Shown here one piece after another: positions 18,259 to 26,172 of a stretch of 64,000 bases of DNA. The stretch spans positions 268-64,267 of the forward strand of contig CAZWMG010000008.1 of NCBI GenBank assembly GCA_964634945.1, in the 5' to 3' direction. Source of the DNA: an uncultured Planctomycetia bacterium. GTDB lineage: Bacteria > Omnitrophota > Gorgyraeia > JABMRG01. A program made the translations under genes and the position numbers. Positions within the stretch are counted from its first letter, which is position 1, and every line of letters starts with the position of its first letter. The notes beneath the pieces were generated by a model. It saw nothing but the letters and a program-made list of their open reading frames with translations. It was not told the DNA's origin and did not search any database.

Positions 18259-18999
18259 ATGAAAAAAAGATGGATATTAACAGCTTTAATGGTAATTATA
18301 TTTTCATTCTTAGCGCAGGAGGCGGAATGCGGCATTACCTTAAAGGCCTTGGTGGTAAATCCTTCCAAGACAAAGACGCAGACAGCCCAACTTAAGGCCT
18401 ATCTGCCAAAAGAGGCATCTGCGGACGATGTTATCGATTTGGGGGATTTAAAGATAGACTATGATATTGAGAAAGGCCTTTATTTTGTGCATCAGAAATA
18501 CAAGCTTAAACCGGGAGAGAGTATAAGCCGTGAGATAGAGATAAAAGATGTATGGGTGATATCAAAGGCAGAAATAGATGATCTTACCCGCCAGGCAGCG
18601 GATCTAGCCGAAAGGCTTAAAGGTACAGCCTATTTTAATATGGCGGTTACGTTGCAAAAAGATATTGAAAGCAAGGCGGAAGAGATTATGAATAGGCAGG
18701 AAAAGGCCTTAAATGCCAATCCCCGTGCGCATATAGGCGCCTATAGAAGCAATATGAATACGCTTGATGAGACTACGGCCTCTCTGGCAAAATTAGAGAA
18801 GATGGTCGAAGAGCTGCAGGAAGATAAAGGTTCAGGCTCAGAAAAGATTCACGTTAAGGCCACATGGCGGCTCATTGTAGCCATGGTTGTTGCGTTAGGC
18901 GTTCTCTCATTTATATTCTTTGTCATATGGAATCGTCAGGCTGCGGTAGAAGGAGCCAAGCGCAAAGCTGAGCAAGGTGATAAGAAAATTAGCTTCTAA
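18259..18999 (+). CDS. Hypothetical membrane-anchored protein with an N-terminal signal/TM segment, a coiled-coil middle and a C-terminal TM helix
   Basis: MKKRWILTALMVIIFSFLA at the N-terminus and LIVAMVVALGVLSFIFFVIW near the C-terminus. No recognisable catalytic motifs. Confidence 0.55.
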   Translation: MKKRWILTALMVIIFSFLAQEAECGITLKALVVNPSKTKTQTAQLKAYLPKEASADDVIDLGDLKIDYDIEKGLYFVHQKYKLKPGESISREIEIKDVWVISKAEIDDLTRQAADLAERLKGTAYFNMAVTLQKDIESKAEEIMNRQEKALNANPRAHIGAYRSNMNTLDETTASLAKLEKMVEELQEDKGSGSEKIHVKATWRLIVAMVVALGVLSFIFFVIWNRQAAVEGAKRKAEQGDKKISF

Positions 19000-19067
19000 C
19001 TTTACAAAATAGTGCAATACTCAAAATGTAAAGTTAGCGCTTAACTTTACAAATAGGAAAATAGTGC
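18996..19067. repeat. REP-like palindromic element plus a partial second copy, overlapping the stop codon of the upstream gene
   Basis: ctaactttacaaaatagtgcaatactcaaaatgtaaagttag has 11-bp arms (ctaactttaca / tgtaaagttag). Near-identical copies occur at 40119-40162 and 40583-40626. Confidence 0.7.
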
Positions 19068-19988
19068 ATGGATGTTTCTGACCTGATTAGAAAAGGCAAG
19101 ATTAGCAGGTTATTTCGCGCCAGGAATAAGATCAGTTTTCCCGACGCGATATGTCATATTACCCAGCATGCCGCAGGAAAGGAAAAATTATTTTCAGAAG
19201 ACTCAGATTATTTGTACATGCTGCACCTTCTCAAGGCAGTAGCAGAGAAGTATAAAATCGATATTTTTTCTTTTGCCTTTCTCCCCAACCACTTACACAT
19301 CTTGCTTCAATTATCAGACGACAATCTCTCTTTGGCGATGAAAAGCCTGTTTGAGAGCTATGCTAAGTTTTACAATAATAAATATAACAGGAAAGGCCAT
19401 TTATTCTGCGGCTCATTCAGGCAGGCCCTCTGTTTTAGCGATAGTTATCTTTTGGCCATATCTTTGTATATACACATAAATGCTGTTAAGGCAAGGCTGG
19501 TTAATCGGCCTGAGGATTACCGCTGGTCATCCTGCGCGTTATATTCATCCGCTTTTAATAAAAAGACATTTGTTAACTATAAATTCATTCTAGAGAGCCT
19601 GGATGAGGATTTGGCAAACGCGCGAAAGATCTATTCTGCATTATTGCGTAGCTCAGAAAAGGTAAAAACAGAAGAGGTTAGGGTAGATATCAGGGCATTG
19701 GAATCTTTTAAAACAAGGGCAATGGAGTTTTTTCCGGCTTTAGTAAAGCGTACAGGCAGAGATGCCCCAGGTTTTTTAGAAGATGAGAAATTAGAGGAAG
19801 CGGTGTTGCAATTAAGGCAGATGGGAAGGTTGTCTACTCCTGAGAGCTTTACAGCGCGCAAGAATTTGATTGAGCAACTGAAGGCAAGAGGCTATACAAT
19901 AAAGGTTATAGGCCAAATGCTGGGCATATCCAGACAAGCGATATACAAGACGCTTAAGTTGACAAATTCTGCAATGCACAAAATGTAA
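19068..19988 (+). CDS. REP-associated tyrosine transposase (RAYT; IS200/IS605-like Y1 HUH transposase domain) with a C-terminal HTH extension
   Basis: HUH motif in LPNHLHILL. Family pattern YNRKGHLFCGSFRQ....YIHINAVKARLVNRPEDYRWSS carries the catalytic Tyr. The C-terminal GYTIKVIGQMLGISRQAIYKTLK is a helix-turn-helix. The gene is flanked on both sides by REP-like palindromes. Confidence 0.7.
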   Translation: MDVSDLIRKGKISRLFRARNKISFPDAICHITQHAAGKEKLFSEDSDYLYMLHLLKAVAEKYKIDIFSFAFLPNHLHILLQLSDDNLSLAMKSLFESYAKFYNNKYNRKGHLFCGSFRQALCFSDSYLLAISLYIHINAVKARLVNRPEDYRWSSCALYSSAFNKKTFVNYKFILESLDEDLANARKIYSALLRSSEKVKTEEVRVDIRALESFKTRAMEFFPALVKRTGRDAPGFLEDEKLEEAVLQLRQMGRLSTPESFTARKNLIEQLKARGYTIKVIGQMLGISRQAIYKTLKLTNSAMHKM

Positions 19989-20056
19989 ACTTAAGCGTTA
20001 AGTTGACAAATTCTGCAATGCACAAAATGTAAACAAAATGTAAAGTTAAGCGTTAA
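19953..20056. repeat. REP-like direct repeats overlapping the RAYT stop (aagttgacaaattctgcaatgcacaaaatgtaaac x2 plus aaaatgtaaagttaagcgttaa)
   Basis: Tandem copies are visible. They share the aaaatgtaaagtta core with the REP at 18996. Confidence 0.65.
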
Positions 20057-20102
20057 TTTAGTGGCTGAATTAGGATTTAGTGGTTGATTTAGAATTTCGT
20101 AT

Positions 20103-20993
20103 ATGATAAAATTTTACACAGGAGATGATATTATATATAAAATCGGCTTATCCTGCTTATCCGCAGGTATATCACGGGCAAGTCTGCCTGTTTTAAAGCA
20201 AGTAAGCTTAAGGTATAGGGCTAAGATAACGGCAATCTTAGTTATTATGCTATCTTTCGTTATTTTATCTCCTGGTAAAAGCCTTTGCGCGCAGGATGAA
20301 GAGCATAGCGTCAGGAAGAGTAAACATTTTATTGTATATTATAGTGAAGTACCGACAGCATACGCTAGCAAGGTAACCAGAAGCGCGGAGCATTATTACA
20401 AGAGCATTATTAATTATTTAGGCTTTAACAGGTTTAACTTTTGGACATGGGAGAAACGCTGTAAGGTTTATCTATATCCTACTCAAGAGCGATATCAGGA
20501 GGCAACGGACGCGGAGCCCTGGTCAACAGGACGAGTACACGTTACCAAGAAGGAGATATCTACTTATGCGGGGAAGGAAGAGTTCCTAGATTATACGCTT
20601 CCTCATGAGATGGGGCACATAATATTTAGAGAAGCCATAGGAACCGATAAGAGCCTGCCTCTATGGATAGACGAAGGCGTAGCGACATTACAGGAGAAGG
20701 ATAGAGAGAAATACCTGCTAACCGCCAAGATGCTTGTAAAGGAAAAGAACTTTATACCATTAAGCGAGCTCTCGAGTATTAGAGGCTATGATGAGATTTC
20801 GCCGGCTCTTTTTTATAGCGAGTCAGCCAGTATAATGGAGTTTTTAATAGAGAAATTTGGCAAGCGAAAATTTGTTTTATTCTGCCACCGTCTTCGAGAC
20901 GGGGAAGGATGGCAAGAGGCGTTATTGCGTACGTATAAGTTTGAGAATTTGGAAGCATTAGAGCGGGCATGGGTAGAGAGTGTGACAGGTTAG
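20103..20993 (+). CDS. Putative zinc metallopeptidase (HExxH; peptidase-MA-like) with an N-terminal TM/signal segment
   Basis: LPHEMGHIIFREA carries the HEMGH motif, followed by a downstream Glu in WIDEGVATLQE. Hydrophobic N-terminal region ITAILVIMLSFVILSP. Confidence 0.55.
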   Translation: MIKFYTGDDIIYKIGLSCLSAGISRASLPVLKQVSLRYRAKITAILVIMLSFVILSPGKSLCAQDEEHSVRKSKHFIVYYSEVPTAYASKVTRSAEHYYKSIINYLGFNRFNFWTWEKRCKVYLYPTQERYQEATDAEPWSTGRVHVTKKEISTYAGKEEFLDYTLPHEMGHIIFREAIGTDKSLPLWIDEGVATLQEKDREKYLLTAKMLVKEKNFIPLSELSSIRGYDEISPALFYSESASIMEFLIEKFGKRKFVLFCHRLRDGEGWQEALLRTYKFENLEALERAWVESVTG

Positions 20994-21167
20994 ATACTAG
21001 ATGCTGGATACTAGATACAAGTAATTTGTATTGTGTATTGAGTGATGCGTATTGCGAAAAATCTTAATGCTATACCTGCCTGCCGGCAGGCAGGCGCGCA
21101 ACGCACGACGCATAACGAAATAAAGGTACAAGGGATAAGTGCAAAAGATAAAGAGGAGATAGGGCAG
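20994..21167. repeat. Composite intergenic repeat element: heptamer tandem, GTATTG octamers, a conserved ~60-nt block and a perfect 20-bp palindrome
   Basis: Heptamer tandem TAGATAC TAGATGC TGGATAC TAGATAC directly after the stop codon. Octamer repeats gtattgtgtattgagtgatgcgtattgcg follow. The block ...aaaaatcttaatgctata...cgcacgacgcataacgaaataaaggtacaagg is also present at 32738-32829. The palindrome cctgcctgccggcaggcagg sits at 21075-21094. Confidence 0.6.
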
Positions 21168-22064
21168 ATGGGCGAAGAATTTAATATGTTGGTGATAGAA
21201 GATGAAGATAGTACATTCAATGTCTTGACCGCGGCATTTAGTGACAAGAAGTATAAGCTCTGGAGGGTAACTACAGGAAAAGAAGCGCTTAATCTGATCA
21301 AGGATATCTATTTTATAGCCGTTATAAGTGAATTACGCATAGCGGATATGGATGGTGTTGAATTTATACAAAAGGCTAAAAAAATAGATTCCCGTACTAA
21401 CGTAATTGTTCTTACGGCTTATTCTTTTGCTGATTCAGCTGTTCAGGCGCTCAAAGCAGGTGCTTACGCGTACGTTTTAAAGCCTCTGAACTTGGAAGAA
21501 CTCAAATTAGTATTAAGGCGATCTATAGAAAATACATGTTTGCTGATACAGGCAGGACGAAAGAAGTATTATCAGGACATGTCCATGTTAGACGGACTAA
21601 CAAGGGTCTATAATCACCGTCATTTTCATGAGGTCCTGGAGTGGCATGTAAACCACATAAGACGGTTTCCGCAGGCCTTCTCCTTGTTTATGATAGATGT
21701 TGATGATTTTAAAAAATATAATGATACCAATGGGCACGTAGAAGGGGACAAGGTCCTGCATAATGTTGCCCAGTTATTAGTGACTCTTACAAGAGACGAT
21801 GATGTAGTCTTTAGATATGGAGGGGAGGAGTTTACCGTGATTATGCCGCAAACGCCCAACCAGCAGGCGCAGATCGCGGGGCAAAGACTAATTGAAGGGG
21901 TAAGGAAACAATCGCCGGTCACGATTAGTCTTGGGCTTAGTACCTTCCCAGATGACGCTCAGGTAAAAAAGGATTTGATTTCGTATGCGGACAAGGCGCT
22001 TTATCGCGCAAAACGATTGGGAAAAGACAGGATGTGTGTCTATGATAAGAATCTGGATCGATGA
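21042..22064 (+). CDS. Response-regulator receiver domain fused to a GGDEF diguanylate cyclase (REC-GGDEF)
   Basis: REC-like N-terminal half (MLVIEDED...ADMDG...VLTAY...LKP). GGDEF domain with RYGGEEF and the DVDDFKKYND motifs. The true start is probably the ATG at 21168 (MGEEFNMLVIEDED), because 21042-21167 is the repeat element. The stop overlaps the atpE start (ATGA). Confidence 0.8.
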   Translation: MMRIAKNLNAIPACRQAGAQRTTHNEIKVQGISAKDKEEIGQMGEEFNMLVIEDEDSTFNVLTAAFSDKKYKLWRVTTGKEALNLIKDIYFIAVISELRIADMDGVEFIQKAKKIDSRTNVIVLTAYSFADSAVQALKAGAYAYVLKPLNLEELKLVLRRSIENTCLLIQAGRKKYYQDMSMLDGLTRVYNHRHFHEVLEWHVNHIRRFPQAFSLFMIDVDDFKKYNDTNGHVEGDKVLHNVAQLLVTLTRDDDVVFRYGGEEFTVIMPQTPNQQAQIAGQRLIEGVRKQSPVTISLGLSTFPDDAQVKKDLISYADKALYRAKRLGKDRMCVYDKNLDR

Positions 22065-22273
22065 AGATATTTAGTATTATCTTAGTGATGTTAATAAGTA
22101 CATTAGGCCCGTCAGGAGTCATAGCGCTGGTTGGTTATGCCAGCGTAAGAGCCTTAGGCAGAAATCCTTCCGCAGCGCCAAAGATCCTGCTCTCTATGAT
22201 TCTGGCTTTTATGTTTGCGGAGACTATAGCTATCATGGGCCTGCTTATTGTTTATAATTTATTTGGAGGATAA
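22061..22273 (+). CDS. atpE: F0 ATP synthase subunit c
   Basis: 70-aa two-helix hairpin protein carrying the loop ALGRNPSAA and the conserved carboxylate in MFAETIAIMGL. Confidence 0.8.
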   Translation: MKIFSIILVMLISTLGPSGVIALVGYASVRALGRNPSAAPKILLSMILAFMFAETIAIMGLLIVYNLFGG

Positions 22274-22278
22274 AATAT

Positions 22279-22412
22279 AAATTCTAAACTCTAAATCCTA
22301 AATTCTAAACAATATCGAATAACCAAAATTTAAATGTTCAAAACAAAGTTTTGAATTTGGAAAATTAGAATTTTGAATTTGTTTAGGATTTAGATATTAG
22401 GATTTAGAACTT
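22279..22412. repeat. Imperfect ~33-bp inverted repeat built from heptamer tandems (AAATTCT-type / TAGGATT-type) flanking an inner palindrome, located between atpE and atpF
   Basis: The left arm aaattctaaactctaaatcctaaattctaaaca and the right arm tgtttaggatttagatattaggatttagaactt are about 80% reverse-complementary. The inner palindrome ttcaaaacaaagttttgaa lies at 22337-22355. Confidence 0.6.
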
Positions 22413-22436
22413 ATTTAAAAGCAAGGAGCTAAAATA

Positions 22437-23171
22437 ATGCCGATTTGGCAGTTGATACTAATACAGTTAGTTACGTTTATCTTTATTATTCTTTTCTTGA
22501 GATGGCTGCTCTCTACCCACATAGGCCATGCTTTAAAAAGGCTGCAGCAGTTGAATCAGCAGAATCTTGAAAAGGAGAAAGCGCTAAAAGAGGAATTAGA
22601 GCGCGCGAAAAGAGAGGTTAAGAGAAAGATCGAAGAAGGCCAGCAACAGGCTGACGAAATAAAAAAGCAAGCACGGGCAGACGCAGAAAAAGATAGAGAA
22701 GGCATATTTAGCAGTGCCAGACAAGAAGCTCAAAGAATGGTTAACGACGCGACAAGAGATTGCCAGAGAAAGAAAGTTGAGCTTACCTCAGAGATGCAGC
22801 AAAAGTCGGTATATTTGGCGACTGATATCATAGGTTATATATTTACAGAACAAAATCAGAAGGATTTGCATCTGAAGCTTATTGACGAGTTAATTGACGA
22901 TATAAAAAAGCTTCAGGAGGATAAGATAAAAGCAGAAGGTGACAAAGCAGAAATTGTCTGTGCCTATGCCTTAAGTGATGGCCAAAGAAAAAAAATGAAA
23001 GAGATATTGTCCTCTAAGATTAAGCGCGACATAGAGTTGATTGAAAGGATAGACAAAGAGATCATAGGGGGACTGGTAGTAAAAATAGGCGGGTTTGTAA
23101 TAGACGGTTCTATAAAAAACAAGCTTAAGAAAATTTTACCAATTTTAAAAGAAAAAGCGAAGACGTTGTAA
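22437..23171 (+). CDS. atpFH: Compact fusion of F0 ATP synthase subunit b with the C-terminal domain of subunit delta
   Basis: N-terminal TM helix and a charged coiled coil match subunit b. The C-terminus EIIGGLVVKIGGFVIDGSIKNKLKKIL matches the delta/OSCP C-terminal motif (..IRAGDMVIDGSVRGRLERL). At 244 aa the delta N-terminal domain is absent. Confidence 0.7.
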   Translation: MPIWQLILIQLVTFIFIILFLRWLLSTHIGHALKRLQQLNQQNLEKEKALKEELERAKREVKRKIEEGQQQADEIKKQARADAEKDREGIFSSARQEAQRMVNDATRDCQRKKVELTSEMQQKSVYLATDIIGYIFTEQNQKDLHLKLIDELIDDIKKLQEDKIKAEGDKAEIVCAYALSDGQRKKMKEILSSKIKRDIELIERIDKEIIGGLVVKIGGFVIDGSIKNKLKKILPILKEKAKTL

Positions 23172-23205
23172 TTCGTTATGCGTCGCGCGCCTGCCCCCCC
23201 GTGCA

Positions 23206-23589
23206 TGTCATTCCTGCGAAAGCAGGAATCCATAGGCACGGGATAAGCTCCAGCAGGAATTCGGAAATAAGATGAAACAGTACTATGTTTACATGCTGGC
23301 AAGCAACAAAAATGGAACACTGTATATTGGCGTTACTAATAACTTGATTAGAAGAATATATGAACATAAAGAAGGTTTAGTAGAAGGCTTTACAAAAAAA
23401 TATAATATAAAACGATTGGTATTTTACGAAGAAACAAATGATGTTGAGAGTGCAATAATTAGAGAGAAGCAGATGAAGAAATGGAAGCGACAATGGAAAA
23501 TTGATTTGATTCAGAAAAATAATTCTGAATGGAAAGATTTGTATAATGAAGTAGTTGGATAGTGGATTCCTGCTTTCGCAGGAATGACA
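23206..23589. mobile_element. Putative mini-element: a GIY-YIG gene bounded by perfect 26-bp inverted repeats, inserted between atpFH and atpA
   Basis: The left IR tgtcattcctgcgaaagcaggaatcc (23206-23231) is the exact reverse complement of the right IR ggattcctgctttcgcaggaatgaca (23564-23589). Each IR is itself a hairpin (attcctgc-gaaa-gcaggaat). Confidence 0.45.
23272..23562 (+). CDS. Small GIY-YIG nuclease-domain protein (UPF0213/YhbQ-like, 96 aa)
   Basis: YYVYMLASNKNGTLYIGVTNNLIRRIYEH matches the GIY-YIG core, with a conserved downstream Glu (VFYEETND) and R/K-rich helices. Confidence 0.8.
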   Translation: MKQYYVYMLASNKNGTLYIGVTNNLIRRIYEHKEGLVEGFTKKYNIKRLVFYEETNDVESAIIREKQMKKWKRQWKIDLIQKNNSEWKDLYNEVVG

Positions 23590-23687
23590 CGGTGTAGGCT
23601 TGCCCCTGTGAAACAGGGGAATGACACGGAGTAGACTTACCTCTGTAAAGCTTGTCCCCGCGAAAGCGGGGAGTAGGGGAATGACAC
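23564..23687. repeat. Array of three hairpin units, each followed by GGAATGACAC, downstream of the GIY-YIG gene
   Basis: Unit 1 is attcctgctttcgcaggaatgacac, unit 2 is cccctgtgaaacaggggaatgacac, and unit 3 is ccccgcgaaagcggggagtaggggaatgacac. The array has no intervening spacers and is not CRISPR-like. Confidence 0.65.
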
Positions 23688-23723
23688 ATGTGACAGGCTG
23701 ATTTCTGGCAAAGGGGAAGAAGG

Positions 23724-25196
23724 TTGATGAATAACTTGAAAATAGCATCTTTAGATATAAAGGATACCGGTACGATACGTGAGATCAGAAAAGGTATCGT
23801 CAAGATAGGCGGCCTACCATCATGCATAAATGGTCAGCTTATTGAATTAGGCTCAAACCTGCTTGGTATGATAATTGGTTTTGAAGGAGATGAAGTTTCC
23901 GCGCTGGTTTTAGGTGATGAGACAAAGCTGAATATTGATGGAACTGTTTATGCTGAGCCGGGAGTTTTTGAAATCCCTGTCGGCAATAATTTTATAGGCC
24001 GTGCTGTAAATGCCTTTGCCAGGCCAACAGATGGAAAAGGCAAGATCGAGGAGAGTGATTTTCGCCCTGTTTTCAGAGATGCGCCGGGTGTAATGGATAG
24101 GACCCCCATTGATGAGTCCATGCTTACCGGGATAAAGACTATTGACACGGTTATCCCCCTGGGTAAAGGCCAGAGGGAGCTTATTATCGGCGACAGGGTT
24201 ACAGGAAAGACTACATTGGCATTGGATACGATTCTAAATCAGAAGGGCAAGGATGTGGTTTGCATATTTTGCTGGATAGGAGGAAGCTTTTCGCCGTTTT
24301 TAAAACTTATTCAGCAGATGCATAGAGACGGAGTTCTGGAGTATAGTATTGTTGTCAGTGCCCTTGCCTCTGATTCTCCCGCGGAACAATACATCGCTCC
24401 TTATACCGCTACTACATTAGGAGAGCATTTTATGTACCAGGGTAGAGATGTTTTACTGGTCTTTGATAATCTTACCAGGCATGCATGGGTCTATCGTCAG
24501 TTATCACTTCTTTTGGAGAGGTGCCCGGGAAGAGAAGCGTATCCAGGGGATATATTTTATCTTCATTCCCAGTTGATGGAGAGAGCGGCAAAACTTAATC
24601 AGGATAACGGCGGCGGTTCAATGACATTTTTGCCGATAGTAGAAACGCAGGAAGGCGATGTTACAGGCATTATTCCATCAAACCTTATTTCAATGACCGA
24701 TGGACAGATATATTTAGATACGGGGCTTTTTTACGACGGATTTAAACCAGCTATCGATTTAGGCCTTTCTGTCTCAAGAATAGGCAGCAAGGTCCAGTGT
24801 GAGGCCATAAGAGAAGTATCAGGACAGTTAAAAGCAGAATATGCCCGGTACAAGGAGCTGGCAGGTTTAACGCGCATAAGAACCAAGCTTTCTCAGGAAG
24901 TAGAATTAAAGATAAAAAAAGGAGAGACCTTAACATTCCTTCTTGGCCAGGATAAATCAAGCCCGCTGACAATAGAGGAGATAATCATTGTTTTTTATGC
25001 TTTTGATAAAGGCATTCCCGAAATATTAGATGAGGCAAAAAGAGATAAATTTAAGAATGGTATATATGCGTATATATTAAAGGAGTATCCTGATCTGATA
25101 GGAAAGCTTGCCAGCCAGAAAGCATTGACAGAAGAGATAAAGATTTTATTGGACGAGGCATTCCAGAAATTTTTTACTGAAACCAGTGGCTTGTAA
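23724..25196 (+). CDS. atpA: F1 ATP synthase alpha subunit
   Basis: Walker A GDRVTGKTTLALDTILNQKG and an alpha-type architecture. The start is probably the ATG at 23727. Confidence 0.9.
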   Translation: MMNNLKIASLDIKDTGTIREIRKGIVKIGGLPSCINGQLIELGSNLLGMIIGFEGDEVSALVLGDETKLNIDGTVYAEPGVFEIPVGNNFIGRAVNAFARPTDGKGKIEESDFRPVFRDAPGVMDRTPIDESMLTGIKTIDTVIPLGKGQRELIIGDRVTGKTTLALDTILNQKGKDVVCIFCWIGGSFSPFLKLIQQMHRDGVLEYSIVVSALASDSPAEQYIAPYTATTLGEHFMYQGRDVLLVFDNLTRHAWVYRQLSLLLERCPGREAYPGDIFYLHSQLMERAAKLNQDNGGGSMTFLPIVETQEGDVTGIIPSNLISMTDGQIYLDTGLFYDGFKPAIDLGLSVSRIGSKVQCEAIREVSGQLKAEYARYKELAGLTRIRTKLSQEVELKIKKGETLTFLLGQDKSSPLTIEEIIIVFYAFDKGIPEILDEAKRDKFKNGIYAYILKEYPDLIGKLASQKALTEEIKILLDEAFQKFFTETSGL

Positions 25197-25259
25197 AGAG
25201 TAGGGCCTGTGAGTTTTAAGCAAACGGGAAAAAATTTGTCATAAATGAGAATTTAAACT

Positions 25260-26123
25260 ATGTTTAAATTAAATATGTTACGCAAGGAATTGATTTTTAA
25301 TCAGGACATAGGTGATATAATCAATGTCTTAAAAGGTGTTGCCTCTTCCGAATTTTATCGTCTCCAGAAGGAAAAGAAAAGTTTTGATGAATTTCTGGAT
25401 TATCTCCAGAGATTTTTTAGTATGGTAGATACTACAGGTTTGCGCCATCTTTTATTGGATGATTCTTCTTTGCCACAGGCCTTGGTGCTTATAACATCTG
25501 ATCTGGGTTTTTTGGGAAAGCTCAATGTATCTGTGGTCAATACAGCTTTAGAACAATCCTCAAAAGATGATGAATTGATCGTTGTTGGCAAGCAGGGCAT
25601 CAGATATATAGAGGAGTCAGGCAGAAATTTTACCGCTTTTGAAGGTATCACAGACGAAGTAGAATACAAAGAGGCGGATAAGCTGGCAGATTGTGTTCTT
25701 AAGGGTATTCTGGATAAGAAGTTTTGTAGAACCACTATAATATATCCACACTTTATATCATTTGCTGTTTGGAAAGTACAAACCTATCAGCTTTTTCCGT
25801 GCAGATTTTTATTCCAGGCAGGCACAAAGTCTGGACAGAAGCATGAGGAAGGCAGTATTATTATTGAACCAACTTTAGCAAAGATAGCAGAACGCTTGAT
25901 AAAGATATGGATAAATTATACCTTATACGGGATTTTTTGGGAAAGTAAACTTTCCGAGTGGGCAACGCGCGTTATGCACTTGGAAGGCAGTACGCATGAG
26001 ATTAAACAGATGAACAAGAAATTGCGTTCTCAATATTTTCGTCTTATACATGAAATTAGTGATAAGAATATAAGAGAAATTTTTGCGGCTAGACTTGCCT
26101 TGGAGCAAGAAGCGGTAGCGTGA
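25260..26123 (+). CDS. atpG: F1 ATP synthase gamma subunit
   Basis: Sits between alpha and beta. The N-terminal helix LRKELIFNQDIGDIINVLKGVASSEF and the C-terminal helix IREIFAARLALEQEA are typical of gamma. Confidence 0.7.
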   Translation: MFKLNMLRKELIFNQDIGDIINVLKGVASSEFYRLQKEKKSFDEFLDYLQRFFSMVDTTGLRHLLLDDSSLPQALVLITSDLGFLGKLNVSVVNTALEQSSKDDELIVVGKQGIRYIEESGRNFTAFEGITDEVEYKEADKLADCVLKGILDKKFCRTTIIYPHFISFAVWKVQTYQLFPCRFLFQAGTKSGQKHEEGSIIIEPTLAKIAERLIKIWINYTLYGIFWESKLSEWATRVMHLEGSTHEIKQMNKKLRSQYFRLIHEISDKNIREIFAARLALEQEAVA

Positions 26124-26172
26124 TTCTAGATACTAGATTCTGGATGCAAGATGCTAGGCATAAGGAGCAAGA

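Noticed and set aside
23564-23687. Possible CRISPR array downstream of the GIY-YIG gene
   Set aside because: The repeats are contiguous hairpin units with no intervening spacers and non-identical stems, and no cas genes are present. This is a REP/BIME-like array, not a CRISPR.
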